Counted from the whole stretch's first letter, positions 39,503 to 53,711 are shown. The stretch: DNA of 63,824 nucleotides, filler included, from Choristocarpus tenellus KU-1152 (GCA_964200185.2; 15 parts of 15 records of this genome joined end to end with filler, not necessarily neighbours in it), one strand, 5' to 3'. The notes: a model not told the origin generated them from the sequence alone. Translations and numbers: made by a program.

Positions 39503-40882
39503 TGTACCCACCACCTGTCTATGGTGGTGATACCTGCATTTTTAGATTCGATGACCTGTATTTGTTTGCTTGTCCAACCGGTGTACACACCACCTGTCTA
39601 TCGTGGTGATTCCAGCATTTTTGGATTCGATGCCCTATCATTATTGGCGTGCCCAACCATGTACGCACCACCTGTCTAAGGTTGTGGTTCCAGCACTTTT
39701 GGATTCGATGTCCTGTGATCGTTTGCGTGTCCAACCGTGTACACACCACCTGTCTATGGTGGTGATACCTGCATTTTTAGATTCGATGCCCTGTAATTAT
39801 TTGCGTTTCCAACCGTGTACACACCACCTGTCCATGGTGGTGATACCTGCATTTTTAGATTCGATGACCTGTAATTATTTGCGTGTCCAACCATGTACAC
39901 ACCACTTGTCATAGGTGGTGATTCCAGCATTTTTAGATTTGATGTCCTGTGATTATTTGCATGTCCAACCGTGTACACACCACCTGTCCATGGTGGTGAT
40001 TCCAGCATTTTTGGATTAGATGCCCTGTGATCATTTGCATGTCCAACCGTGTACACACTACCTCTCTATGGTGGTGATTCCAGCATTATTGGATTCAATG
40101 CCCTGTAATTATTTGTGTGTCCAACCATGTACACACCACCTGTCTAAGGTGGTAACTCCAGCATTTTTAGATTCGATGCCCTGTATTTATTTGTGTGTCC
40201 ACCGTGTATACACCACCTGTCAATGGTGGTGATTCCAGCATTTTTGGATTCGATGACCTGTATTTGTTTGCGTGTCCAACCGTGTACATACCACCTGTCT
40301 ATCGTGGTGATACCTGCATTTTTGGATTCGATGCCCTGTAATTATTGGCGTGTCCTACCGTGTACACACACGACCTGTCAATGGTGGTGATTCCAGCATG
40401 TTTAGATTCGATGCCCTGTCATTATTCGTGTGTCCAACCGTGTACACACCACCTGTCAATGGTGGTGATTCCTGCACTTTTGGATTCGATGCCCTGTGAT
40501 CATTTGCGTGTCCAGCCATGTACACACCACCTGTCAATGGTGGTGATTCCTGCACTTTTGGATTATGTCCTGTGATTATTTGCGTGTCCAACCGTGTATA
40601 CACCACCTGCTTATGGTGGTGATACCTGTATTTTTAGATTGGATGCCCTGTGATTATTTGCGTGTCCAACCGTGTACACACCACCCGCCAATCCTCATTG
40701 ATTCCAGCGTTTTGAAAATAACTACCCTGTCTTTGCAACCTTTACAACCGTGTACACACCACCTGTGTCAATGGTGTTCAATCCAGCATTTTTCGATGGG
40801 ATGCAAGGCATTTATTTGCCTTTGCAACAGTGTACACACCACCTGTCAATGGTTGTCGTACTGGCATTTTTTTATTTGATGC
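39503..40882. repeat. 78-bp tandem array, ~17.7 units
   Basis: Units start TGTACACACCACCTGTC at 39503, 39582, 39660, 39738, 39816, 39894, 39972, 40050, 40128, 40205, 40283, 40361, 40441, 40519, 40595, 40673, 40751 and 40831. Confidence 0.97.
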
Positions 40883-41592
40883 TCTATGTTAGAGCGCACG
40901 AGATTCTCCTGTCTGTCCTTTGGGACTTGACTGGCCACGGGGTTTGGTGGACTTTATACTTACTCCTAGAGTTTTTGGAGAATTATACAATGTCTACATT
41001 ATGGAAAGGGGCGTTCGATCGTTTGGACATTTGCACATGCCCAAACGACCACGAGGGCGAGAAAGACATCAAAAAAGGGACATTTGAATTCGAACACTTT
41101 GTGTACGCGGCCCTACCACCAAGATATTTCGACCAGCACCCATGATACCAACCCTAGCCCTGGTAAAAATAGATACCTACATTTTCAAAACCTGCCATTT
41201 ACAGATTTCACCTCGGATCAAAAATGTCATTATATAATAAACTGAACGACTCTAATACGAGATGACTACAGCGAATTCGGCCGAACCCTTTTTCCGAAAT
41301 TGGAACGTGTGTTGCTGTCACTTTTGTTGGGAATAATCAGACAACTGATCCGAAATAGAAGCAAGATTCAACGATGCAATTTCACATACCACGACATCCG
41401 CCCATCCGGCGTGACGTGGTAAGACCTTCGAAATGCGCGTGTAAGGGCTCCGATACCATTGGAACATTTCCGATAAGATTTACATCGGAAATGTACATAC
41501 ACACACCCCAAACCGTATTGCCGTGCTTTGGAATTTGATGGCCTTCACCGTTCGACAGAACAGATCAAAATCATTTAATATTATCAGCCTTG

Positions 41593-41659
41593 AGCCAAAG
41601 TATCTGAGAGGGTAGAGCCGCGTCCATTTGGGGGCCACAATCCAATGTTGCGATTTTGA
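41593..41659 (-). mobile_element. Family-A MITE end, truncated by the contig end
   Basis: GAGCCAAAGTATCTGAGAGGGTAGAGCCGCGTCCATTTGGGG. Confidence 0.85.
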
Positions 41660-42265
41660 NNNNNNNNNNNNNNNNNNNNNNNNNNNNNNNNNNNNNNNNN
41701 NNNTTAATTAATTAANNNNNNNNNNNNNNNNNNNNNNNNNNNNNNNNNNNNNNNNNNNNCCTGAATGGACACCCTGGTGTAGAACCCCCCCCCCCAGATA
41801 CGAGCCTATTTTACTATCCGTCCCTCTCAAGGACAGGTCTTGGCCATTTCTGACTGTGCCTTATAAATCATCAGAGGAGAGAGGAACGTACAAATAGCTG
41901 ACATACTTTTTTTTCAACCATACATAAATGTCAGAGGAGGGTAAGGCTATCATGCGCAAGTTCCTCCTCGCTTCCTGCCTGTGGCGGCCTTGGGGGCTGC
42001 CCGGCCTTCGCTACTCCAAGACAATTGTTGTTTGCGATTTGGACGAGATCATCAACTCTACCTTAACTAAATACCTCAAAGCAACTAAGCACATCACTAT
42101 ATCGCGATTTGGAGAAGATTTTAGTCTTATCCGAATCACAAAGTAGTCGTCGCGTTGTAGGGGAAGTTTCCGTCGATGTGATATTGTCCAAATCGCAAAG
42201 TAAGCAGCGGTCGCTTTGTGGGGATCGTCTTTATCAAAAAAAGGTGTGTCTCATGTTGTACACAT

Positions 42266-42388
42266 AACAGCCGATTTCAAAAATTGAGGATGGAGCTTTT
42301 CATTGAGGATGGGCTTGACCCAAAATTGACTGGGATAAAGTGTCGGTATGTTTTTTTACTCCATCCTCAATTTTTGAAATCGGCTGTT
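42266..42388. mobile_element. 123-bp MITE, family D, 30-bp perfect TIRs, TSD ACAT
   Basis: ACAT|AACAGCCGATTTCAAAAATTGAGGATGGAG...CTCCATCCTCAATTTTTGAAATCGGCTGTT|ACAT. A TA-TSD reading is also formally possible. Confidence 0.9.
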
Positions 42389-43396
42389 ACATTGCGAAAA
42401 AGTTCACGCTCTTGTTTCAAGATTCTTTTCGTTGTCAAGATCCATCTATTTTGGGGGATTTGGATAAGATGAGGTGCACCTTGCTGTTCTCCTCTTTGCA
42501 CCAGATTTGATGCACGTAGAGTGACTCCTTACCACTCCTCTTAGAATACCTTACAAACATCCAATAAGTTAGCTTCACCTCACTTTCCCCATTTTCCAAT
42601 CAAACAAAACGTACAAAACCTTTATCCTCCATACCATTAGGATGAACCACAACATCCCTCCATATGTTTTTTTTTGCTCAGAATCTTGTTCTCATCATCT
42701 CACACCAATTAGCGCACTGTTAGACAAGGAGCACCACAAAACTAAAATCAAGTAGATTTGTAACCCATCTTAAATCTCACCAGACTATTGATTCCAGTGA
42801 AATCGCTCAAGTATTCAATCCTCATGAGGTTTTTGTATATCTGGGTTTTCTCGAATCTATCCATCTTTCCCGTTCCACAGTGGCATTAGTGGTAATCTTT
42901 TCAGTTGTGCTTTCCTTATTAACATGTTGTGGTGGTTATGGTCATTCAGACCTAAACTATATTGGTTTTGGTCCGTCCTGATCTATCATCTTCTTCACAT
43001 CTCCAACAACAACATGTCATAAAATTGACAACTGTTTGTATTTTCATGTAGCAGTTGTGAAGTAGAAATGTTCTATCATCAATATTGTATCATCTATTGA
43101 ACCTCCTACTGTATTATATAGTGTGTTAATCAATCAATTATGTCCATTATCTTACACAATTTTTAGGTATTATGGTGTGTCGGTTTTTAGATTGAATGGT
43201 CAAAGACTTATTACCCCTTAAAACGTAAATACAAAAATAGAATGCACTTTCTCAGTATGTAAGAAGTATATACAATAAAATTGAAAGTTTGTCGTCATCA
43301 CAAGTTGATAGTGTTGGGGTGAAGAGAGAACGCTTGACTCTAGTCTTGGATACCCAAGGTTGAATCTCAGGGTTAAAAACCTAGTTTGACCTCTCT

Positions 43397-45609
43397 ATGA
43401 TAGATCCCTATTATTTTCATCAAGAGAATGGTGTGGTAATTGGAGAGGGAGAAGGAGCCGACATGATTCCGGAGGACAAAGACCAGACAAGATGGGAAGG
43501 AGTGGGGGGTGAATTATCACATGACCATGCCGTGATAGGACATGGACAGCTGGGAGTCGATGGTCTTAGGCAGAAAGACCTTGGAGATGAAGATTTAGAC
43601 AGAATGTTGCAGTCGAATGTCCTGGATGCTCTCGTTGACCTGTGAGTGGGCTTCGAAGGAGCCACGTCAACATGCCACCTTCTTCCTAGCAACGTTTTCT
43701 GTTCATGCAGTACCTCTCGGACTTGATTTTTTATTATTTTCTTGTCTCGTTACGTTGCTAAGGGGACTCTCGGTAAGGAGGCCATCTTTTAGAGGAGTTA
43801 TGGGATCTGTAGTTTTACGTCGAGCCCTCTAACTCCTTACTGGAAGTTGTGCTATTTGTGATTATAGTGCCGTGTATTCATACTCGCCCACGTGGTACAG
43901 GTACTCTTGCAATTCCTTTATAAAGGGAGGTCTTCATTTGGAATTCGAGCTCAGGGTTCAAGATCTGGTCATAAACGCAAGGTCGATGGCTCCACTCGGT
44001 TCGTTCATACTCTGCCACCTACGCCAACCTTACTAAACTTAAGTCCTTTAACTGCTTCACCCTCCTGCAGTGACTTCTCTCAGGCGGAACTAGACGGGAT
44101 AGTTCACAGGTCCAGCCCTGCTGAAGGAAGGGGGCGAAAGCGCTCATTGTCGTTCGGATGGGAAGATGCTGAACAACCGTTAGAGAGCACGCATGAAGCC
44201 CAGTCCAAAGTTGGTCAAGGAATGGCGACTATGTCGGATCATATGTTGGGACTTGAAGGCAGGGAGATGAGTGCAGAACCTCAGATTGCTGGAACGGGCG
44301 ATCGGAAGGATGGAAAGGGAAAACGTGTTCTTAAGCCGGAGCGCATGGAGCGGAAAGCGATAAGGGAGAAAAGGCGCAGGGAGGAGGTGGGTGGGGGGGC
44401 GTGTGGTCAAGGAAGCAACCCTTTGTTCACTCCAATTTTGCGTTTAAAGGGCATTGTGGGTAAGAATGCCATATATTTTCTTTTGGAAAGAAGCCTTGCC
44501 TTTCTAAGGTCCAGTTGCACTGACTTTGGATTCGTATCGTGTAACAAGGAGTGGACATTGTATTTCCTTCTACCCATTTCCTCTGGTAATAGTGGTATGC
44601 AAGACGTGATTGTATCGACAAATGCCAGTAAACATAATATGATACACACGCAAAGTTCAAGAGTTTGATGTAGGATTCAAATGTGTCGATATTTGAGGTG
44701 TTTCGATATTTCAAGGCGGAACCGTACTTTTTCTCGAAAGATGGCCTAAACTCTGATTCAAAATATTTAGGTCCCCGATTTGAGCATAGAAAGCTTTCTA
44801 TGTCGTTGACATTTTAACATTTTGTTTTCAACAAGTATTTTACTTCATCATTGTTGCAGGTCAATACCAAGTTTGAACAGCTCCTTGTTGTCTTGAAAGC
44901 TGCAGAGGCTCTGGCAGGAATGGCTCCCTCATCTCATGACCCAAATTCGGTCACACCTTCATCATCTGCAATGAGGCGAGTGGAGATGCTCTCGCGCACA
45001 ATTGCTGTGCTGAAGAAGTTCATGGCAAAGCAACGATCGAGCTGTTCATCACAACAGACCCCGGAAACACAAATAGTGGGAAAGGAACTTGTTGCAGCCC
45101 ATCACACCAATGTATCAGTTGCCCCTGCACCAGCCACATCACAAGGCTGGTCTGCACCGTCAGGCACAGTCACAACTCAGCCTACGGTGGCAGCCGGTAC
45201 TCCCTCTGCACCAGGTGTGACATCCTACCACCCTTCGCCCTCCAGAATGCCTGGGTTGCAAGGGCAGCCATTCTTCATTGCTGTGCCCATGTTCATGCCC
45301 AATCCTGCAGGGGTTGTAAGCAGTGCTGCCTGCAGTGCCCCTATTGGAACAGTGACCCCTAATGTGGTTTCTCGTGTGGAGAAAAATACTCCTGTACCTG
45401 CCCTAATGACGGGGTTCTCACCTTCACCGCCAAGAAAGGCGTCAATACCAGCTGGCTCCAAGCATGGTGGCATGAACTTGAGTGGGGCGGCAGCAGCAGT
45501 GGCTGCAGGCTTCCCCCCAATGATGCCAGTGCCAATGCCTCAGTTCGCTGCTCAGGCTCTCACCAGCGATGGGGATGATGAAGAACCCACGCATGCAGTT
45601 TGTGCCTGA
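43397..45609 (+). CDS. bHLH transcription factor, apparently complete; exons 43397-43641, 44071-44386, 44860-45609
   Basis: Basic region/helix 1 ERKAIREKRRREE|VNTKFEQLLVVL and helix 2 RRVEMLSRTIAVLKK; phase-consistent GT-AG junctions; low-complexity C-terminus. Confidence 0.88.
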
Positions 45610-48568
45610 GTGTTGTTGAATGCTGTGGACGAAATCAACTTAACTTGGGCTCAGGGTGAGAGGAGAGTACAAAGTACAACTGGTATGATTGACACTGTGT
45701 GTGCCCTTTTAAGGCTGTCATCAAGTGAGATGAGCAGAGATCTCTTAGGCTGATTGTTATGAGCCCCTTTGAAATTATTGATGTGGTAAGATTGACAAGA
45801 TTCAATCCATTTGTGTTTTTTTTGTATATCTGCTGGTGATTGCTGTGGTGTCAACAGTGTGCAACGCACATGAACCACTGGGACTTGTGAACTACAATAG
45901 ACGATGAGTTTGTGAACAGGCTTTTTTGTTGACAGAGGCATGAAGATCCTTCAAAGAGTATCCCACTACTGTAGTATTTGGTTCGAAATCAGGTAAGGTC
46001 TGATGTTGAGGCAGAGTTGGGGGAGTCAAGAGAGGTAAAGGAGCGTTTCTCCAAAGTGTTCATCTACTTCGAAGCGTACGAGAGATGCAAATGGGAATTG
46101 AAACTGTAGTGCCTAACTGTCAGTGATGTTTTGTGTGAAAAAATATGAAAGGTTCTTCTGGTTGTAGGCAATGTCGCTGCTGCTTGGTGAAATGATCCCC
46201 TACGAAGTTTGATAGCTTGGATCTCAGCCAGATAATTGCTTAGACTACTGATATCAAACTGTATTTTTGTTGCTCTTTTTATTGATGTTCTTGTTTAGTA
46301 CGAAGTGATTCCAGAAGATTGAGTGGTGGTATACCATAGAAGCAAGAGGTGGAGTCTTGTTTTCTTGTTTTCTTGGGAGGAGGTGTTATTGTTTCCAACA
46401 TTGCTTGATGTTTGTCCCCATCACAATGTGGAAATTCTGAGTACAACGACTTAACTCTTGTAGACACATGATTGCTAGGGTCAATAGCAGTACTTGGATA
46501 ATTTGTAGATTGTGCTTGAGCAGGGGATAGAAATCCTGTGGATCTGTACCCCTACAACATACAGGAAATCACTGAATGCTAATAGTAGATATCCTCAGGT
46601 ATTGGTGTGGTTCTCCAGTTGTAACTCTCTTTCTAAGCTATGGAGTAAAGGCACCATATATTTGGCGCTCTCTTCCATGGAGCCCTAGAATTCTATCATA
46701 TTCCATCTTTTAATTGGTTGTGTCCTATGATCTGAATTCATCTGTCCATTCTCGTTACTAAGGACTTCTCTTTTGCAAAGCCTGACCGATAAGCATTCAA
46801 CAAGATATTTTCCCCTTTCATGGATTGGTGTTGTAATGCTTGCTGAGAGTAGCATGAGGCTCCTTTAACCTAAAGGGTTTGGTTGTGAGAAGATCCCGAG
46901 CTCTACACACCTCGCAGCATCAGTAGCCCAACTTGATAGTTTTATTTATATTTGAATTATTGATGAGAAACACAAACAGTGACCTAAAGCAGTGACACCA
47001 GGGATTTGTGTTTCTAAATATTTTGATAGAATGGCAGGTTTTTTGCATGTGATACCATCTCCACGAGGTTGCCTGATCTTGCCTTTGCAGTTGTAGACTG
47101 AATTGAGTATAATTTTGGTACCAACAGATATTTGTGGTTGCTTGGCGGAAATGGTCTGGAAACTGGATAGTGTTAGTAGTTTCATTAATCGTAGAATTTG
47201 TAATAGTGCTTGTAATTAGTGGTGCTTATGCCATCAGCGGGAATCTCCCTTTGCTACTTAGGACAATCCGCTTTTCTGTTGTATGCCCTTGTTAGTCATG
47301 ATGTTAGTTCCAGTCTTGTTGAAGTTGAAAAGAACAAATAGTAACTAGCCTAAGTCTTACTGTGTGATGCTATCTTCAACTCTCAGAAGTCGTTTACAAT
47401 TTTTTCACATACATTTTGGCCTCAAACGAAGTCTGTTTGGGAAATTCAAATTAATCTAGCCGTTCTCGGGGTCTTCTGAGGCCCTCTTCACTATGATGAG
47501 TAATAAATCATTTAACACCTACACAAACTGACAAGACCCAATCGATTAGTAGGTTCACCAAGTGTATACTATTTTACATTCATAACACTATCACCAAGTT
47601 CTTCTGGGACTCTAGAGATACTCTTACGAATATGCCGAGGTACGTCCACCTGGAGGAACAGCAATAATCCATCCTGCCAAAGTATACGTACTTTATTCTA
47701 TCACATTTTGTTGGACTAGGGTAACACGTCTTACTTGGTGAAAGGTTCAGTGCTACATTATCGATTCATGTAGGTCACAGGCTGGCCTTATCAGTTCAGT
47801 GCCGATTGAACCTACCTTGCACAAAATGCCTGCAAATAATGAGGACACTTGTGGAATGAAGGGGGAACAATAGTATCAAGTCTTTCACACCACTTCCTCC
47901 GAAATTAATGATCAGGTACAAGCATGTTATGGAGTATATTTTTTTGTAAACTTTAGGCTGGCGACTATCCTGACCAGTATGGTCGGAAGCCCTACACATC
48001 GCACTACTTAACAGATAATATTATTCTTACTAGCTACTTCATCTAACCACTGTTGTTGCACCATCAGTATTTGTTCTACGTTCGTTCGTTTCTTGCTTCT
48101 CGCGTGTTGCCTTCAGAAAATATCACGTATCTTTTTTTCATTTCCTACCTCAAATTTTAGATTGAACTCACATCAACGTTACTACCTTGATACTAGTCTG
48201 GTGTATTTTGCGGTACAGAGTATAGGCTAGTACAGGTGTGCGATCCTTTGCATCATACCAAATATTATTTAGAGATCGTTATTAAGCCGACGATTTTGAG
48301 AGTAAAATGGTCTTATTTTTTTGCGATAGTAGTCGATCATAATGAACAGTGGATTCGCAAAATTGAGGATGGAGCGGGACTATGAGGATNNNNNNNNNNN
48401 NNNNNNNNNNNNNNNNNNNNNNNNNNNNNNNNNTTAATTAATTAANNNNNNNNNNNNNNNNNNNNNNNNNNNNNNNNNNNNNNNNNNNNCAAATGGACAG
48501 CCGCCACCCCCCCCCAGATACTTTGAGCCAGATGCAACCCTGCCTACACTCGTTTGCTTGACTCATTC

Positions 48569-48815
48569 GAGTGAAAGTATCTTAGAGGGTACGAATTTTG
48601 CCCTGTTTGTCCATTTGGGGCTTGGCTTCCCATGGGGGTTTTTATGACATTTTCCTACTCCAAAATGTTTCGGAGTAGATAAAATGTTTATGTTATGAAA
48701 AGGTGTGTCTGAAACATAGATATTGACACTTCCTAACAAACACGATAGTCAAAATTACATCAAAATCGCAACATTACATTTCGACCCCCAAATGGACGCA
48801 GATCTACCCTCTAAG
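48569..48815 (+). mobile_element. Family-A MITE, right terminus truncated
   Basis: GAGTGAAAGTATCTTAGAGGGTACG...TACCCTCTAAG. Confidence 0.88.
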
Positions 48816-50099
48816 TCATCTTTCTTACCCTATATGCAATACACTCTAATTCATTGCTTTGTGTGGACAATAGTGCAGACAAAATCGGCATTCCCCCTTT
48901 CCACCACAAAATAATACCACAATTTAGCGAAGGTTTCTCCAATTGTACAAAAGGGAATCGCCCTTTTTCAGGATCCTTAAAATGCAACCCTGGCTACCTC
49001 TCAATTGGTTTGGTTCATAACCATAATCGGATCACTTCAAACTATGTTGATACCAATTACAAAATTTGTGTATTGTGACGGTTCTGTGACGTACATACTC
49101 TGAAAAAAGTCGAAAGTCAATATGAAATATGCTTGCAATATCATTATACGACCCATTCCTCTCCTGATGCAAGTCCTCAAATGAATACGATGATATGCGG
49201 TCTCATTCTATAAGCGTATTGACCAACGTTATAGGTGTCGTATCACTGAAATCGCAATTAACAGTATCGAAGGACTTTTTCTTAATGGGATACGCGATGA
49301 GATTGGTTTCACCAATCACAGGCACCCATTTCAATAAAAATACCAAAAAATAAAGTTTTTGTTTCCCCTCCAATTTCTCATAATTCCTATCTCATGTCCT
49401 CATTTCACGAAAAAAGCCCAGTTAAGAGATGGACGACCTAAACCAACACTACCACTTGTACGTTCAACTTTGTAGTCATACGAGTATATTACCTATGATA
49501 TGGGATCCATCACAATATCGAACTTTCTATTGAATCTTGTCGTGCACACACCATCATCTAGAAACCGAAATAAGTAGATGAGCCATTCCATACTACTAAC
49601 CTGTGTTGTTAGGAGGAGGATGAAGGCTGGATGAGGGTCACAGTGTACGGGTGGGGGGAAGGGTGAAGGGGGAAGCACGGAGTCTTTTGTAAGAGGGCAC
49701 TAAGGTACTCATGAGGTAGGTAGGCAGAAGAGCAGGAGATGAAATGGAATTATATGCGGCACAAGAGAAATATTAGATTTGGAAAGGAGGCAAGGAATGT
49801 TTGCTATCTTGACAACAGGCCATTTGCTGATCTTTCTCAAAGGAAGATTTGAAGGGTGATCAGCGACTCAAACAAAAGTTCGAGTGTTAGGATCATGATG
49901 CCGACGTTGAAATTTTCAATGTTGCCCAAGAATGAGGAACTACAGGGGACTTTCCCCCCTGCAGTTCCTCGGCGTATCCTTAAACGTTTTTTCAAGATGT
50001 TTGTGTTTGTTTTACTATAATTTCTGGACAGACTGCTCTTCTACCCCATCTTCATCGTCCTCACATAGTTGGTCGTTGAGACCACCCCCCTCTGCCAAT

Positions 50100-50750
50100 T
50101 CAGCAGTCACAGGAACCTCAAAACTGAAATCATCAGGAACGTTCTCCAGGTTCTTGATTGTTCTCCCAGCAATTTTTCCTTCTCCTTACGTGCTTCATCA
50201 TCTCTGAGTAGCATATGTTTAGCCAGGTTTGAATAATTGACTGCCTTTCACCCCCCCTCAGTGTCCTGGTAATTCTCGTCCCCATGCCATCCCAGCTTAA
50301 ACTCTGCCCAGAGTCTAGATAAGCTGCCGCCTTCTATCCTTGAAGAAGTTCTTACCCTCTCTTAAAATATTGGGGGGGCATGCTCATCGAGATACTGACG
50401 AGTTGTGGTCGCAAGGTTCTCAGCACTTGCCCCCCCCTGTTGAGTCGTAAGGAACGACTTGCCCGCCTCAGGGACTTCGTGTTGAGATTTCTAAGCCTCT
50501 ATCCTTGTAGAACGTTTTTCACCTTAACCCTATGCCTACGCAACATATCTGCATTACTCTTCTTGTTGTCAAATCTCCTGGTGTATTGACATCTTTATCC
50601 ATGACACAAGCTTACCTGTTTCGCTCCAGGTCTTCGACAACTGCCAGCACCTTCCTTAGTATGGTCTACCCTCAATAGTTTGCGCACTGTCATGATACTA
50701 ACACTATGCAAGGTCAAGGGTCTTTCTCCTTCAGGGCCATGAGGAGCATA
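50100..50750 (-). pseudogene. Heavily decayed Copia integrase-like remnant
   Basis: Fragments RGLEISTRSP..Q...ERVRTSSR..GSLSRLWAE resemble the Copia integrase core; many stops. Confidence 0.5.
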
Positions 50751-52145
50751 ATGGGGATCATTTGACCCTCAACTTCTTCAATGGACAAACATTGTTTTGG
50801 GCTGAACTAACCACAACAAATTCGCATACATCCTCTCCAATCTTCTCATATTATTCCAGGTGCTTACCCTTTGCATGGGCTATTTAGCCATCATCGGCCT
50901 TTGATTGCCTCCACCTTTACTGAGGGTTGTCCACTTTATCGTTTTCCCCCCTGTGCTTTCCTATGCCTCAGGACGAGCCGACACGAGTCAGACTGCCTCA
51001 GATGTACACCAATATCTCGACAACAACAACGATTTTCAACAATCTGTCTTTGAAGAGCAGAGAGCGGCTTACTCTCAACTGCACCCCCATATCATGGAGG
51101 AGGGAGCCAGAAAGGTTCCCCGGTTCTAATGACCCCCAAACAGACACCTCAAACCTCACTCATAAATACGGAACTGCTGCGATCGGATATCCCAGATCAG
51201 TCCCAATCGACGGCACATATCGCGAATGAACTTTGCTTCAATCGGTTGTTGTGTGTTCAGTAGTTGTCACAGAGATGTACGAATTGGAGCAAATGTTGTT
51301 TATGTCGATCTACCCAAAACTTTAGTCAGAAACAAACCGGAATTTGGTCCCATTAACAAGTTCTCTCTATTGTAGGGAAAAAAACGCTCCAACTCGTTTC
51401 TTGTGTACGTAAGTGTGTTTTCTTTACACATAAAATGATATTTCAAAATCTGTACTACTCTGAAGCACTCTGAAGTAGTGATCTCCCCTGGGAGATAGTT
51501 CATCACAAACCAACCTTCACACTACTATACTTTCCCCCCAGTCTGACCCTACAACGGTGGGTGAGGAACGAAAGAAGAATTCCAAGAATCTGTGATGCCC
51601 CTTTATGTCTGTGCAAATTGCCTTGGGAGGTAATGCTATTTGTTAGTAGTGAAGTTAAGAAGGTGTGAAGCCTCACACGACCCCCTTTGCTGAAGGTGAT
51701 TACATGGTTGAAGATTAGAAGAGAAGAGAAGAGTGACCTTTGTGTGTGGTGTCTTCTCATTGCTTGTTTATTATTTATTTGTGCTTCACATACATAAGTC
51801 TATGGTTATGTCAAAGTAGTTGAACGCAGAATAAAAACCCATGCATATTCCCATTCATAATCCAGATGTACTATCTCATTAGTTACATCTCTCATCCACA
51901 AAATAAGGTACACCTCACTATTGTCCTACTTTGTACACTCCCCCATGAGAGTACAGGCAATGAAAGAGTTGCTGGAACTCTCAAACCTAAAACATCTTAT
52001 TGTGTACACTCCCCATTCTGCACACTTGCCCATGAAAATGGAAGTAAAAGACGTCAGATTGGTTCAATTCTCACACATATCACATTTATCTTGCCAACGC
52101 AGTAAAAGAATGCAGATTACTTCAATTTTAACACACGACATTCAT

Positions 52146-53000
52146 CTAGTCAACACAGTGTCTACAAAGTCTTCTACCTGCTTCTTGCGTAATCTTTTGG
52201 TCAAGATGTCTGCAAGTTGGAGTGCCGTGGGAATATATTTTACTGTAAAAAAATCCTTTGCTAACATACTCCCTGGTACATTTCAGCTTGATGTCGACAT
52301 GCCTTGTCCGTCCATTGAAGCCTTCAGTCACTGCTGCTTGGATTGCACCTCGAATATCTCCATATCAAACCGTGACTCCTTTGAGTATGCCCAGCTCCCC
52401 CAGGATGCCTCTGAGGATTATTTTTTGCATGCCTCATTCCATGCATCATCGCTGTCCATTCTGCCTCTGATGAAGATGTGGTTACAGCTCCTTACATCTT
52501 GGATTTCCATGCAATTGGTGCTCCATTCACGAGTATCAGATACCCTGTCACACTCCGCGTTGATGCAGTATCATCGCCCTAGTCTAAGTCACCATACCGG
52601 ACCAGGCCCCCATTGTCCATTTCACCACAAGCAGGATAGTGTATCCCTACTTTTGTGGTGCCCGCCAGGTATCGCAGAACATGTTGTAATCCTTTCCAGT
52701 GTCGATCATATCGGGATGCTGCATATCTTCCCAGTTCCCACACACTGTTGGATATGTCTGGTTGTGTCATCCCGGCAAGAAACCTAAGTTTCCCCAGGAT
52801 GGTGCGGTAAGGTTTGTACCTCTGGTCCAGCTCCTCCTCGTCAGTTCTTCTTCGGTCAGGTCCATTCATGGGTTTGAAATGGTCCCCCTTTGCTGCTTGT
52901 CCTGTTGACGTAGCACTCACTCCCCCAGGCTTGAAGACTATCATAATTGAATGTCTTGTATATCCTCTCGTTGAGTGAAGTCCTTTGCTAACAACCTTCC
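52146..53000 (-). pseudogene. Copia RT/RNase H remnant
   Basis: PYRTILGKLRFLAGMTQPDISNSV, HWKGLQHVLRYLAGT, YGDLD, RTRHVDIKLK. Confidence 0.9.
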
Positions 53001-53711
53001 TCGCCAGGGTGCCTCTGATATGGAAGATGGTTCTTGATGGTTTGGAGTAGATATTATTTACTTCCCAGTCTTACAAGTCTTGTGCAGGTATCCCTTTGCT
53101 GACAAGCTTCGTCTGGTTTTCTTTTCTTTTTTGGCTCCAACCCTGTTCCAGCTAATTCCTCCGCCTGTTAAGACGGTGTCGCTCTCCTCTCCTTTACCTC
53201 CACAATTGTTACATATTCCTCCAAAAGAACAAGGACCACTATGCTTGATCAGTCCACAGTTTAAACATCTTCTGTTGGTCCTGATCTCGTCTCTGGTAGG
53301 GGATCTTGTTGTAACATGGTCCGTACGTTGACCAGTTGTACCTTGGCCGCCTCCTCCGCTGACCTTCTGTGTTCTCTTCCATGAGTTTATGGTCCCAGCG
53401 GCTAGAGTGCTCCCAGGCTCCCCACGGTTAGNNNNNNNNNNNNNNNNNNNNNNNNNNNNNNNNNNNNNNNNNNNNTTAATTAATTAANNNNNNNNNNNNN
53501 NNNNNNNNNNNNNNNNNNNNNNNNNNNNNNNCCCCCCCGGGGCACAGGAGTAGGTAGATGGGAAGCACAGGAAGACAGTAGTACAATATTCGATAGTTGT
53601 GAAGTAACTGATAAATCAGTGGTTTTCACACTTACAGTGCTTTATGGTGTTCTCACGTTTAGGGTATTTTATTTCTTTAGGGCTAATAATGACATATATG
53701 TATAATTTTCA

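Noticed and set aside
39503-40882. CRISPR-like array
   Set aside because: No unique spacers (whole units are homologous), no cas-like ORFs, eukaryotic context.
46200-48300. Short minus-strand ORFs after the bHLH gene
   Set aside because: No motif recognised; likely degraded repeat sequence.
51921-52787. 288-aa plus-strand ORF
   Set aside because: Antisense shadow of the Copia RT/RNase H remnant.
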